NCBI RefSeq assembly: GCF_006345805.1
Contig: NC_043011.1
Span: 33,430,464 to 33,494,463 of the forward strand
DNA length: 64,000 nt
Direction: 5' to 3'
Source: Octopus sinensis
Lineage: Eukaryota
Position 1 is the stretch's first letter. Each line of letters opens with the position of its first letter. The position numbers and the translations under genes were made by a program. Of this stretch, positions 51,496 to 63,000 are shown piece by piece. The notes beneath the pieces were generated by a model. The model was not told where the DNA came from. It made no database searches and worked only from the letters and a program-made list of their open reading frames with translations.

Positions 51496-51687
51496 AGAAC
51501 GGGCGGGCGAGAGAGAGAGTAGAGAACGGTCGAGAGAGAGAGAGAGAGAGACGGTCGAAGAGAGAGAGAGAGAGAGACGGGGGCGAGAGAGAGAAGAGAG
51601 AGAGATACGGGCGAGAGGGAGAGAGAGAGATACGGGCAGAGAGAGAGAGAGAGAATACGGCGAGAGAGAGAGAAGAGATACGGGCGA

Positions 51688-51728
<41 letters not shown>

Positions 51729-51807
51729 GGGGCGGAGAGAGAAGAGGAGAGAGGAGGCGAAGAGAGAGAGATAGAGAGCGGGCGAGAGAAGAGAGAGAGA
51801 GAGACGG

Positions 51808-51848
<41 letters not shown>

Positions 51849-51989
51849 GGGCGAGAGAGAGAAGAGAGAGAGAGAGAGACGGGAAGAGGGCGAGAGAGGG
51901 AGAGAGAGAGAGAGAGAGAGCGGGCGAGAGAGAGAGAGAACGGGGCGAGAGAGAGAGAGAGAGAGAGCGGGCGAGAGAGAGAGAGAGAG
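49662..51989. repeat. 2.3-kb GA-rich satellite, unit approximately (GA)n-CGGGC
   Basis: gagagagacgggc repeated with variable GA counts; irregular after about 50800. Confidence 0.9.
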
Positions 51990-52921
51990 TATTTCTTTAT
52001 TCACCATAAGTTGAGAAAAGAGGGGCCAAAACAAATGTTGGGGTCAGGTATCGAATGAGACGAAACATGAATAAACAAAAATTAATATATATACAATTAA
52101 TGAGAATGAGTGATTAACAAAAAATGAAGCGGAGGAGGACGCGGTCGACCCCACAAACCACATACTCACACTGAAGACTTTGCTTTATCCTTTTTTTACA
52201 TTCTCGATTAAATAGGTTCTTTCACTCGCAACATACTTGCTATAGACTTCCATCTTTTACGAAACACACTTTGCGACAGGCATTTCTTTCTCCAGCCTTA
52301 TTTTCCGTTTCATGTGGAAAACGAAAAAGTCGATTAGCTCGAGACTGGAGATAAACATGCCTGTTGCAATTCCTTTTACTCTCGTCTTCCACACTACTTC
52401 TTTCGCCATAGCAACTACCGAAAAAAAACAGGCTCGCTCCTCCCTATTCAGGAAGGTCGGCGGAACTATCTTAATTACAGATTCGCTCGACAGTTGTACT
52501 CTTCTCGAATGCGACAGCAGGTGTTCGACATAAGTCCAGAGTTCAGTCACTTGGGGCATTGCACAATCGCGTGCAGGACAGTTTCACTGTCCCTCTTACA
52601 TCTTGCACAAACCGGCGAAGGTGCACACCCATGTCTAAAGAGCTTATCTCGAACCGGTAAAGCTCCTCTGTAACATTGCCAGGCCAGGGACTTTTGGTAA
52701 TTATCCATAGGCCCCGGACCGAATGTTCTTTGGAACAGGCTGGCCAGTTGATTTTCGTCGAAGCCCAGAGTTTCTCCTAGGACGTCGTCACACTTAAACT
52801 CTACTAACCCTCTATAGAAGAACGCGGTAGTAGCCCCGCCACCGGCGTTGCCCGACTGGGAGAGAAGCACGAGTGCCTGATAGCACTCTGCATGCCTGCC
52901 TGATAGCACTCTGCATGCCAT
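51990..52921 (-). mobile_element. 5'-truncated Tx1/L1-clade LINE (ORF2 C-terminus, zf-RVT, plus 3'UTR)
   Basis: LAWQCYRGALPVRDKLFRHG..CARC..ETVLHAIVQCP..LW..AKEVVW..RWKSIASMLRVK. Two frameshifts; stop at about 52208; AATAAA at 52001-51996 then runs into (TC)n. Confidence 0.85.
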
Positions 52922-53719
52922 AGAGAGAGAGAGCGAGACGGGCGAGAGAGAGAGAGAGAGAGACGGGCGAGAGAGAGAGAGAGAGAGAGAGAGACGGAGA
53001 GAGACGGAGAGAGACGGAGAGAGACGGAGAGAGACGGAGAGAGACGGAGAGAGACGGAGAGAGAGAGACGGGGCGAGAGAGAGAGACGGAGAGAGAGAGA
53101 CGGGGCGAGAGAGAGAGACGGGGCGAGAGAGAGAGACGGGGCGAGGGAGAGAGAGAGAGAGAGACGGGCGAGGGAGAGAGAGAGAGAGAGAGAGAGACGG
53201 GGCGAGGGCGAGAGAGAGAGACGGGCGAGAGAGAGAGACGGGGTGAGAGAGAGAGACGGGGTGAGAGAAAGAGATGGGGTGAGAGAGAGAGAGAGATGGG
53301 GTGAGAGAGAGAGAGATGGGGTGAGAGAGAGAGAGATGGGGTGAGAGAGGAGAGATGGGGTGAGAGAGAGAGAGAGATGGGGTGAGAGAGAGAGAGAGAG
53401 ACGGGGTGAGAGGGAGACGGGGTGAGAGGGAGACGGGCAAGAGGGAGACGGGCAAGAGGGAGACGGGCAAGAGGGAGACGGGCAAGAGGGAGACGGGCAA
53501 GAGGGAGACGGGCAAGAGAAGAGAGAGAGAGAGACGAAGTGAGATAAGGAGGGAGATAGAGTGAGAGGGAGAGAAAAGGAGTGAGAGAGGGAGAGAGAAG
53601 GAGTGAGAGAGGGAGAGAGAGGGAGTGAGAGAGGGAGAGAGAGGGAGTGAGAGAGGGAGAGAGAGGGAGTGAGAGAGGGAGAGAAAGAGAGCGAGAGGGA
53701 GAGATGGGGTGAGAAAGAG
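52922..53719. repeat. GA-rich satellite, right part, with sub-arrays
   Basis: Same CGGGC unit near 52930, then gagagacgga, gagatggggt and gagggagacgggcaa runs. Confidence 0.9.
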
Positions 53720-53989
53720 CCTGTGGTTAATTCGATCTGCCAAAAATTGTTAATCTCAATCAAATAATAGCCTGTTTGTCATGAATAAAGATTGATACAT
53801 TGAACAATGTTGGTGTCCCTGATATTCTAAAACAGATGAAATGGTCACAACAGTTTATCCCACTTTCTTAAATATAACTGGCTTTAGTTTAAAAGGAAAG
53901 CGAGAACAACAATAGAATCATTTGACACAATTAGCTACAGAGACAGAATTAGGTAATTCTAGAAATCTTGAAATCATATCTTGTAAGGG

Positions 53990-54705
53990 TACCAGGAGAT
54001 TTGCTCGAAATTTGAAGAGTATTTTTGGTGACATCCTCCATCAGTAGCAGACAGGCATCAATAAAATTAATAAGGGTTTCAAATTGCTGGCACAGTGGCA
54101 GCAATTTTGGTTGGTGGTGGGAAGTCGATTAGATCGAGAACAGTACTTGATTGGCACTTTATTATATCGACCCCGAAAGGATGACAAGCAAAGTTAATCT
54201 CGGAGATATTTAAGCTTAGGTCATAGAGAGCCGTGTGAGATGTCGCTAAGCATTTTGTCTGATGTGTTAACTACTCTGTCAGCTAGCTGCCTTGCTATTA
54301 ATATTAATAACCCTTTCTACTATAGGCACAAAGCCTGAATTTGGGTGAGGGGCTAGTCGATCACCTCAACCCCAGTGTTTCATTGGTACTTAATTTATCG
54401 ACCCCGAAAGGATGAAAGGCAAAGACAACCTCGGCGGAATTTGAACTCAGAACGTAACGGCAGACGAAATACCTATTTCTTTATTACCCACAAGGGGCTA
54501 AACATAGAGGGGACAAATAAGGACAGATAAAGGGATTGAGTCGATTACATCGACCCCAATGCGTAACTGGTACTTAATTCATCACCCCCCGAAAAAATGA
54601 AAGGCAAAGCCGACCCTGGCGGAATCTGAACTCAGAACGTAGCGACGGGCGAAATACCGCTAAACATTTCGCCCGGCGTGTTAACGTTTCTGCCAGCTCG
54701 CCGCT
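53990..54705 (-). mobile_element. SINE-B cluster including a dimer (54305-54705)
   Basis: Two cores joined at gacgaaatacc|tatttcttta. Confidence 0.8.
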
Positions 54706-54727
54706 TTTTTAATATTAATATTAATAA

Positions 54728-55335
54728 CTAGACTACCCGTAACTCGTTGGGTCACTGACAGTTCAGGTTATAAAATATTGAAGCTGATTTCAACATTGCA
54801 TTGAAATGAAAGTTAATTTTATGATGATTCAATTAAATATTTCAATTCGTTCTTGTCATCATAGGTCAGGTTTACAAGTTCATGTTTAAGGTCTTATTGA
54901 TTATTTACAGCATCTAATAGAAACAGAACTTCTGGGATAAACTTGATCTCCATTAACAGCATTTAATTATGGCTTATGTGCACACTTCTACAAAAATTCA
55001 AAAGGAATTGTTATATAACAAACATAAAATTAATGGAAACAATTTTCACAGTATTATATAGTGCCATTTCAAAGTTATGTTACTTTCGGAGTATTTTCCC
55101 ATTATGCGCCGTTTTGGTTATTTATGAAGGTACCCCCCAAAATCGCGTGTCTTTGGAATCCGTGATCCGATTCACGCGAAAGTTGTTTTATTCCGTTTGT
55201 ATTCGTATTTCAGGGGTAACTTACTTTCAGAGTATTTTCCCATGATGCACCGGTTTGGCTGTATTAAATTACAGACAAGCACGCACGCAAGCAAAGTGAT
55301 AGACAGACAGACAAATAGATAATGAGTAAGGTGGA
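54728..55335 (-). mobile_element. Non-autonomous Helitron
   Basis: On the minus strand: cccaacgagttacggg hairpin then CTAG|T. Probable 5' end A|TCcaccttactcattatc at 55335 is less certain. Confidence 0.65.
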
Positions 55336-55499
55336 TTAAGAGAAACGTTAGAGTTTCTTAATAAAAATAGGGAATACGATCACGTTGTCGAGCGACTATG
55401 CAGAAGTTATCTTTATTTGGTTCATCTGAGAGCTTCAGAATCTGCAGGGAAATTTCAAGATAAACTCGTTTCTACTATTTGTACTATGCGGGTCCCCTT

Positions 55500-55705
55500 G
55501 TATAATCCCTTCTACTATAGGTACAAAGCCTGAAATTTTAGGGGAGACGGCTATTCGATAATATCGACCCCAGTGCCCAACTGTTATTTATTTTATCGAC
55601 CCCGAAAGGATAAAAAGTCGATCTCGGAACGTGAAGACGAACGAAATACAGATTAACTGTCTGACGGTCTGGTGTGCCAATGATTCTGCCAGTTCACCAC
55701 CTTTT
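55500..55705 (-). mobile_element. SINE family B
   Basis: atcgaccccagtgc...atcgaccccgaaagga...ctgccagttcacc. Confidence 0.7.
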
Positions 55706-56032
55706 CGCCCTTGTAAAATAAAACGAAAAGTTTTTTTTATCGTTTAGTCACGGGGAGGTGCATGATATTTTTAAGGGCCTGCGAGGATGGTAGGAGGGAG
55801 AGGGAGAAAGTATACTAAAATTAGAGATCTGACCTGAAGCGTGCAACAGAACACACCCAAGGACTAGGTGGTGATGGTGTTAAACTAGATAATATAAGTC
55901 TACCATCCAAGAAAACCACGGCAGGATTCGAACACAGAACATGGAGAACAAAAAAAAATACTGCGAGACATCCGACGTTTTAAGGATTCTAATGAGTAAA
56001 CATTACAGCAGAGAAAAAGAATATCCTAAAGA

Positions 56033-56280
56033 CTAGCTATTTTGACCCGTGCTTCGCTCGGGTTTTGATGGTGTTGTTGTTTTGTGCGTGTTGTCTTCTT
56101 TGCCTTTCCCATATTCCTCACCCGAGCGACTTGCAACCCTCCTCACACCATTACCCACCCCATTTTGCCCCCAGTGTAAATTTTGGCGCCAATCCGACCC
56201 CATCTACCTCACATCCCAAAATGAGACAAATAACCAAGAAATCAAACAACTTTTTCGCATTTCATCTTTATAGATATTGA
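56033..56280 (-). mobile_element. Non-autonomous Helitron (248 bp)
   Basis: On the minus strand: A|TCaatatctataaag 5' end; cccgagcgaagcacggg hairpin; CTAG|T. Confidence 0.8.
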
Positions 56281-56668
56281 TTAATACAAAAGTTGTACAT
56301 GCATTATAAATTCAAATGCCCTGTCCTGTATATCACATACGATACGCAGGACATGTTTCCTTGGTGTCCATGCATTCATGTACGATACAGATTTCCCATT
56401 TCTTTTTCAACCGCTAGAGTAACTTGTGACTTTAAAGCTTTATATTAGTAAGAGTGTATGAAACAAGGACTAATTAAACGTCTGGAAAGAAGCATGGCCG
56501 TTTAGGACAAACTAACTTGAATACTTTCATTAGGAAAAGGATTAAATAGACATTTTTGAATCTATACAAACTTATAGCAATAAGAAGCAGCTGAAGAGTA
56601 TCGTTTCTTATGATATACTATAAAGGCATCGTGATTACCAAAAGTCGTAGTCTTCTCTATGGTATATA

Positions 56669-57016
56669 CTCTTTTACTCTTTTACTTGTTTCAGTCATTT
56701 GACTGCGGCCATGCTGGAGCACCGCCTTTAGTCGAGCAAATCGACCCCGGGACTTATTCTTTGTAAGCCCAGTACTTATTCTATCGGTCTCTTTTGCCGA
56801 ACCGCTAAGTTACGGGGACGTAAACAATGCTAGGGGGACAAACACACACACCTACATACACATATATATATATATACGGCAGGCTTCTTTCAGTTTCCGT
56901 CTACCAAATCCACTCACAAGGCATTGGTCGGCCGGGGCTATAGCAGAAGACACTTGCCCAAGATGCCACGCAGTGGAACTGAACCCAGAACCATGTGGTT
57001 GGTTAGCAAGCTACTT
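56669..57016 (-). mobile_element. SINE family A body; its 5' end lies at 58942-58972
   Basis: Stops at gcaagctactt; the missing accacacagccactcctgcgcc reappears at 58951-58972. Confidence 0.85.
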
Positions 57017-58941
57017 TATTTCAATAATTTGCCACTAGGGCAGCACACAGAGTAGCTACGGGCTGGACAAAGACATTAATGGATGATGGTGGTGGTGGAT
57101 GAAGATGGTGATGGGAGAAGTCAGAAAGCGCCCGCCGACTTTTGCTTCTCTAAAACAATGTTCAATAATTACATTTAATACAATGATTACAAATTACAAA
57201 TTTTAGAGGAGGCAATAAACCTCCTCTTCAAAATGTTACAAAATGTTCACATGATATCAAATTACATATTTTAGAGGAGGCAACGAACCTCCTCTTCCAC
57301 ATATTACAAAGATGTTACACCGCCTAAGTGACCCGGCGACCATTGCTCTTGCCTCATTGAGGCAATACTCGCTGGTCAGGCCGGTGTCCAGAAGTATATA
57401 CTTGAAGGAGTCTGCCGGGATCCTTCCCGACTCATGATCCTGCGTAGATCAGAAATTCCCACGACCTCCGCAGCTAGCTGCGAAGGCCACTCGGGGTCTT
57501 CCGTGCAGGGCCGGAGCCCCTACCAGCGTCCTCTCTTTTTCACTTTGCGTGCGGTGTTTTCCACCGCTTCTCCCCTAAAAAAGAGGAGCACGCAGTCTTC
57601 TACAAATTGTCCCTCAGGCGGCACACCCGCCTGAGAGGACCCGGGATACTCGGGAACCGTCGTCTGCGTGTAGCAGTCCGCCTGCGACGCTCCGTTTCTC
57701 TTTTTTTTCTTTTTCTTCTGGCCCTGGGCCACGGGAGGCTGAGGTTCCGGAGCTGTGCGCACCGGGTTCTCTCCCGCAGCTTTCGGGTCCTTTGGTGTGT
57801 CGCCATTGCTCCCCGCCTTTCTCTTTCTTTTGGAGGAGGATTTTTCCCCCTCCTCACTTTGCTTCTCTCCCTCCATTGAAGAGGCAGGGAGAGGCTCCAA
57901 TATCAGCCGCTCCAGGATCCTACTCTGGTCCCTGGGGCAGCTCTTCTTGATGTGGCCGGTCTCCAAACACAGGTGACACTTGGGGGGGGGGCGTCCCTCA
58001 AATATCACCGGATACTTGGACCCGGCCATTCTCAAAAAGTCTGGCAAAACCAGACTTTTGGCTGACTGGGTCCATAGGGTTAAGGTAGCCTTAGACCCCT
58101 CCCAATCAGCCGCAGACTGTATATTGACATTCAGGATCTTTGCGTCCCTGTCACCCAGACCCCGGCGGATAGAGTCTTCTATCCACTCGGGTTCAATGCC
58201 GGGTGGCAGGCGGCAGACCCATAGTCTTGTCAATTTTTCTCCCCTGTAACTGGGGAGAAACAAGATTTCCTTGCCCTCAATGGACCTCGAGGTCATTCAA
58301 ATATTTTTTGGGAGGTGTCAATTCCCACACAGTGAATTTCTTTGCCATAACGTAAGAAAAAACAGTTCAAAATGTGATTAACTAAAATAAGACACAGAAA
58401 GGAGAATGAAAAATGCAACAGAAGGGAAGAAATAAAATTGGAAATAACAGTTCAAAAAAAAGTTCTTTTTTAAAAATAAATGATAGACGGAGAAAGAGAG
58501 TTCAAATCCAGGCAAAGGAAATAATTTTTTCTTTTTTTGTTTTCACTTTTTTCGGCCAAAAAATTGTATTCCAGGCCAAATGCACAGTTGGTAAAACACC
58601 TTGGTAAAATAATCCTTGGTACTCCTTGGTAATTCCCGTGGATAACACAAAGACAATTTCAAAAACTATTTTTGCAGACGGACTACGCCGCTTTAAAAAT
58701 ACAATTTTCTTTACACTCGACAACAGGCAGAAAAATTATATCTCGAGCAAAGTGGAGTTTTATTATCTGCTAAAAAATATTCAATGCTAAAAAAACATCA
58801 AATGCAAGCAATAAAACTTCACTAAACTCCCAAAAATACAAAACGCCTACCTGCAGTCGAGTCAAAAGTTCAATATTTCACGTTAACACGTGACATCTGA
58901 AGCAGCTCCAAAAAACACGTCTAACTCAGACGAAGGTGAGA
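57017..58941 (-). mobile_element. 1925-bp ORF1-only non-autonomous LINE-like element with 9-bp TSD
   Basis: aagctactt at 57008-57016 and 58942-58950; one ORF; no TIRs; no RT/EN motifs seen. Confidence 0.8.
57520..58296 (-). CDS. Gag-like LINE ORF1 protein with CCHC zinc knuckle (258 aa)
   Basis: RRM-like RLWVCRLPPGIEPEWI, knuckle CHLCLETGHIKKSC (CX2CX4HX4C), basic/low-complexity tail. The true start may lie upstream of a frameshift. Confidence 0.75.
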   Translation of the reverse strand: MTSRSIEGKEILFLPSYRGEKLTRLWVCRLPPGIEPEWIEDSIRRGLGDRDAKILNVNIQSAADWEGSKATLTLWTQSAKSLVLPDFLRMAGSKYPVIFEGRPPPKCHLCLETGHIKKSCPRDQSRILERLILEPLPASSMEGEKQSEEGEKSSSKRKRKAGSNGDTPKDPKAAGENPVRTAPEPQPPVAQGQKKKKKKRNGASQADCYTQTTVPEYPGSSQAGVPPEGQFVEDCVLLFFRGEAVENTARKVKKRGRW

Positions 58942-59124
58942 AAGCTACTTACCACACAGCCACTCCTGCGCCTGTATAATCGTTATTCAAAAGGTATAAA
59001 TAGGTGAATTAAAAACAATTATAGCAGCCTAAAGAAATTTGATGATCGTTGGAATATCAATGATGTTAGGCTTGCAAAAGATGTCACTATTATCATTTAG
59101 ATTGTTATATGCAGGAAAAGCAAA

Positions 59125-59340
59125 ATTAAAAAGCGGTGAGCGGGCAGAATCCTCTGTGTGTTGGAGAAAATATTTAGCTGCATTTCCTCCAGCTTTCTAT
59201 GTTCTGAGGTCAAATGCTGCTGAGGTTGACTTTGCCTTTCATTCTTGGTAAAATAAATAAATAGTAGGTAAGCACTGAGACCGATAGGATTGACTATGCC
59301 CTTTCCCCAAAATTTCAGAACTTTATGCCAACATAATAAA
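59125..59340 (+). mobile_element. SINE family B, decayed
   Basis: gcggtgagcgggcagaatc...gaggttgactttgcctttcat. Confidence 0.65.
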
Positions 59341-60593
59341 GGTAGTGAGAGAGAACCCCGCCTCCCAGAAAATTGTAATTACTTTACGGGATTCGACTGA
59401 CAAGCCCGACAGATGCTGGTTGTCGTTCTGTAGTGAAGCCATAACACAGGAGTGAAATAATCTTGTAATTTATGGATGCTTGGGTGTGGTTGTGAGTAAA
59501 ATTGGGCGTGAGAGAGATACGAGAATTTGGTGTGAATATTTTAAAAGAATAAAACACATAACTGAAATATCATTTGAACAGTAAGTAGATTATCAATAGC
59601 ATCAACATATTTTCACTATCAACAAACTGTTACATGGTTTTATTATACTGAAGTGAACACACAACTTCAAATTCTATCAGTGGTAGTTAGCAGAATTATA
59701 ATTTTAGTTTAAAAAGGGTATCACGCGTTCTTCACAAAGACGACGTTTCTAGTAAAAAAAAAAAAAAACTTCCATGCCATTACACTGTATAACAATTTGA
59801 TTTTTTGTTGTATTTGGTCAGTAAGTGTTATCTCCTATTTGCTTCTATCTAGAAATCAAAGGAAATGACTACTATTCCCTTCAAACTTTGCTTCTGTGAT
59901 CTGGTCATCAATGCTTTGAAACTGACCTATTTTCATAACATTTCAGACAGATTCAGCGCAGAGTTCCTGAAGCAGAAATATGGTTATAGCAAATATTCTG
60001 CTCAATACCAGATTTTCTCGTCATTTGCTTGACCTTAACCGTCCATGTATGTGGCTAACGATATGTGCATCTCTGATCAAGAGTAGAAGTAGTGGGGAGC
60101 ATCATAGCCATATGTTGAGAGGGATTCTTTAATAAATGTAACAAAAGCAAAGGTGGAAGGAAATATTAGCCATTTTTAATACTTTCTAGGGGTAAGCAAA
60201 CAAAAAATAACAGTTGCTACCCAGGGACAAAAATCGTATTACATAATGTTATTTTAAATTACTGTATTTAATGGCATAAAAGACGCAGAGGTATATTAGG
60301 GGAACCTAATTTCAGCAGTACATATTTAAGAAAAAAAATGTTATTAGTGTATTGAAGCACATAATATTAGCTTACAGGAGGCCTAATTTCGCATATAGGA
60401 GCCGGGTGATTTTTCAAGATATTTGTTGTTTCGGTGGAGAAATCATGCGTCTTATATATCGTCAAATTACGGTATCTAATCCCTGAAGATTACACGAAGT
60501 GGTCTTACAAGAAGCTGTATATACAGTGGTAGAGGCAGAGAGTGAGATTTGCTACTCGGAAAGAGATGATTATTTTCAATGAAATCTTATATA

Positions 60594-61320
60594 CAGGGTG
60601 CGTAAGATATTTAAGGACAGATTTACGTTTATAAAAAAAAAACAGATGTAATAACATAACTTTATTTACCAAGAAATGCTATGAGGATAAGAATAAACCT
60701 TTTCTATAATGTTATTCAATAGAGCTTCAACGACTGCTTCTATGAGATCTAAATCATCTACATGCTCAAATCAAATGGTCCTGGTTCATTTTGGACATTA
60801 CTCTGACTATGGCAGCTTTCAAAGTATCTTTGGTGTTATGGGCGTATTCATTGACCACTCTCTCAACAACGCCTCCACATGTGATAGTCCAGTGGATTGA
60901 GATCTGGGGAATTAGGAAGCCAAATGGTAGGGGTTATGTGATCATGAAAATTTTCAGCCATCCACTCCTGCTACGAGAGCCATGTGTGATAGTGCAGAGT
61001 CTTGCTGAAACACATATGGCCTTGCATTGCATACACAGTCTATCCAGCGCTTAATTATTTCCAGGACCTCAATGTAGGCGGCAGAGTTAATTCTAAGGCC
61101 TTGTGTAAAAAAGTAAGGAGGCATCACATGTCCTTCATTGCTGACAACCCCTAAAACCATGACAGTTGCAGGAAATTTTGTATACATAACACTTGGAACT
61201 TCAGAAGGGTCTGCACATAACCATCTGTCTCTTCTGTTAACTTCTGTGATCTTGGTCGAAGTTTTTCTCGTTTGAGAAAAACCAAATCAAATCTTCTGCT
61301 GCATTTTTCAGTTTGTTTAA
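60594..61320 (-). mobile_element. maT-like transposon fragment, second subfamily
   Basis: TAcagggtgcgtaag end; TKFPATVMVLGVVSNEGHVMPPYFF..YVFQQDSA..PNSPDLNPLDYH. The other end was not found. Confidence 0.75.
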
Positions 61321-62254
61321 GAGCTTTTTAGATTTGATGTAGTGACAAGGGTGGGGAGAGGTGGGAGAAACAAGAGTGTTGAGTGATCACATGATTTGCG
61401 ACATGATTTGGGATGAAACACTTCAAATTTACTCAGTGATATAAAATAGATTTCTTAGTAGAAATTTAAAATCTCGATTGCATTTTTTAACTGGACTAAA
61501 GATGGTAATGATTGGAAGAAGCTGTAGATAACTAGAGAAGTGGACGCCCATAATGGGGCAGGACAAAGAGTCGTGTTCATAGAGCTGACTTTGCGAGATG
61601 AATGTCGTGGCATCAGCTGCTTTCAGTTATTCTAAAGACTGATATACAAGAGTAAAACTATGCTTCGCTGAGGAGGTCTAATTAGATCGAATCATGTCTG
61701 GAGTTGTCACCTATGATTAGACTCACAGCAAGCTCTCATTAAGTTGTTTACCGATTTGAATATCGGTGTTTTCCTTGCTGTTGACATTAACTATTTGTTC
61801 GTGGCATAATTTTGATTGAGGGAACATTTTTACTTTTGACTCAGTTCATACCGTTAACGCTTATGTATATCACATGATATACACGACAACTGAACAGATC
61901 AAGTGATGAAGTGGGAGGATGTATATCTAGTGTCAGAACAGTTTTAAAAAGCGTTTATTAATGTCACCCACATCAAATTCACACGAAAGCCCGGTACGTG
62001 CCAAAGCAGACGATACCTAAACCTAAGAAAAATATTAAATAAATCATCGATGCAGAAGTAAAATTTCTATACGAAATTGATTTTTCAGCATAATCCAAAG
62101 TAGCCCAACAAATGGACTTGCGTGTGTGTGTGATGACCATATCACTTATTTTATAACACAATCGTTGAAGCCCTAATTTTTGCGATATTCTGTAGAACAT
62201 ATTCATGAACATTTCACATTTAACCAAGTATTTCGAAAGTAAAAGATTCTGTCT

Positions 62255-62865
62255 GTAGAACTTTACAGGCACGGAAGTACCTTCAGCCAGACCTGTCCGA
62301 AATATGTGCTGTACAACAAAGCTGTTCTGCATGCGCTCGTTCGGTGACTTCATGAGTTACCTCGAACACCTGATGTCACGCGTGTGGCCTTCTTTTGGCG
62401 TGAGAGAACAAACGTCCTTCATCTGTCTGGTGGTTTTGGTGAAAGAGGTTGTGTGATGGATGAAATTGGAAGGTTTCAAAAGAGATACTGGCCTCTTTGA
62501 CCAAAACCATTTCAAGTCTCATTTGAAAGGGAAAGTGATGGTGAAGAAGGAAGTGTTACCTTTCAGGTAATATATTGAAAGGTGGATGAGAGTTGCAAGC
62601 ATGGTCCGAATGAAGAGGCTTGCTCTGAGCATGCGCTAATAGATTAGAAGACAAATGGAAGAGGAGACATACTTTGGTTGTTGGGGTGACTGTGGTTCTT
62701 GTGGGGTCTCCACAAGTAATTCTCGGAAACTCCCCACCCCATTTGGGTAATTATTCAATGAAATTTTGTTCTGTTATTTTCCTTTTTACTTGATCCTTTA
62801 TGTAATCGTCCTGTACCGTCCTCAATGTTTTTACCAATCTTTACTGGTTAACAAAGAGAATATTA
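62255..62865 (+). mobile_element. Older Tx1/L1-like ORF2 3' fragment
   Basis: YRHGSTFSQTC..VLHALVR..YLEHLMS..VKEVV*W..RWMRVASMVRMK parallels the 52-kb element. It may extend upstream to about 61490. Confidence 0.65.
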
Positions 62866-62869
62866 ATTT

Positions 62870-62966
62870 GTAGGGATAAAACAAGTATCAATTAAGCACT
62901 GGGGTTGATGTAATCGACTTCCCCAGGTCCTCAAAAACTACTAAGCCCCGTGTCAAAGTTTGAAAC

Positions 62967-63000
<34 letters not shown>

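Noticed and set aside
49593-53763. Very long ORFs (813, 499, 398, 319 aa)
   Set aside because: These are stop-free translations of GA/TC repeats. Only the part of 52547..53743 below about 52920 is real LINE ORF2.
51990-58941. ORF1 (58 kb) and the ORF2 end (52 kb) as one ~7-kb LINE
   Set aside because: Same strand and plausible size, but the ORF1 unit has its own TSD and splits a SINE, so it is an independent insertion.
61979-62353. 124-aa minus-strand ORF
   Set aside because: No recognisable domain, and it partly overlaps the Tx1-like fragment in antisense.
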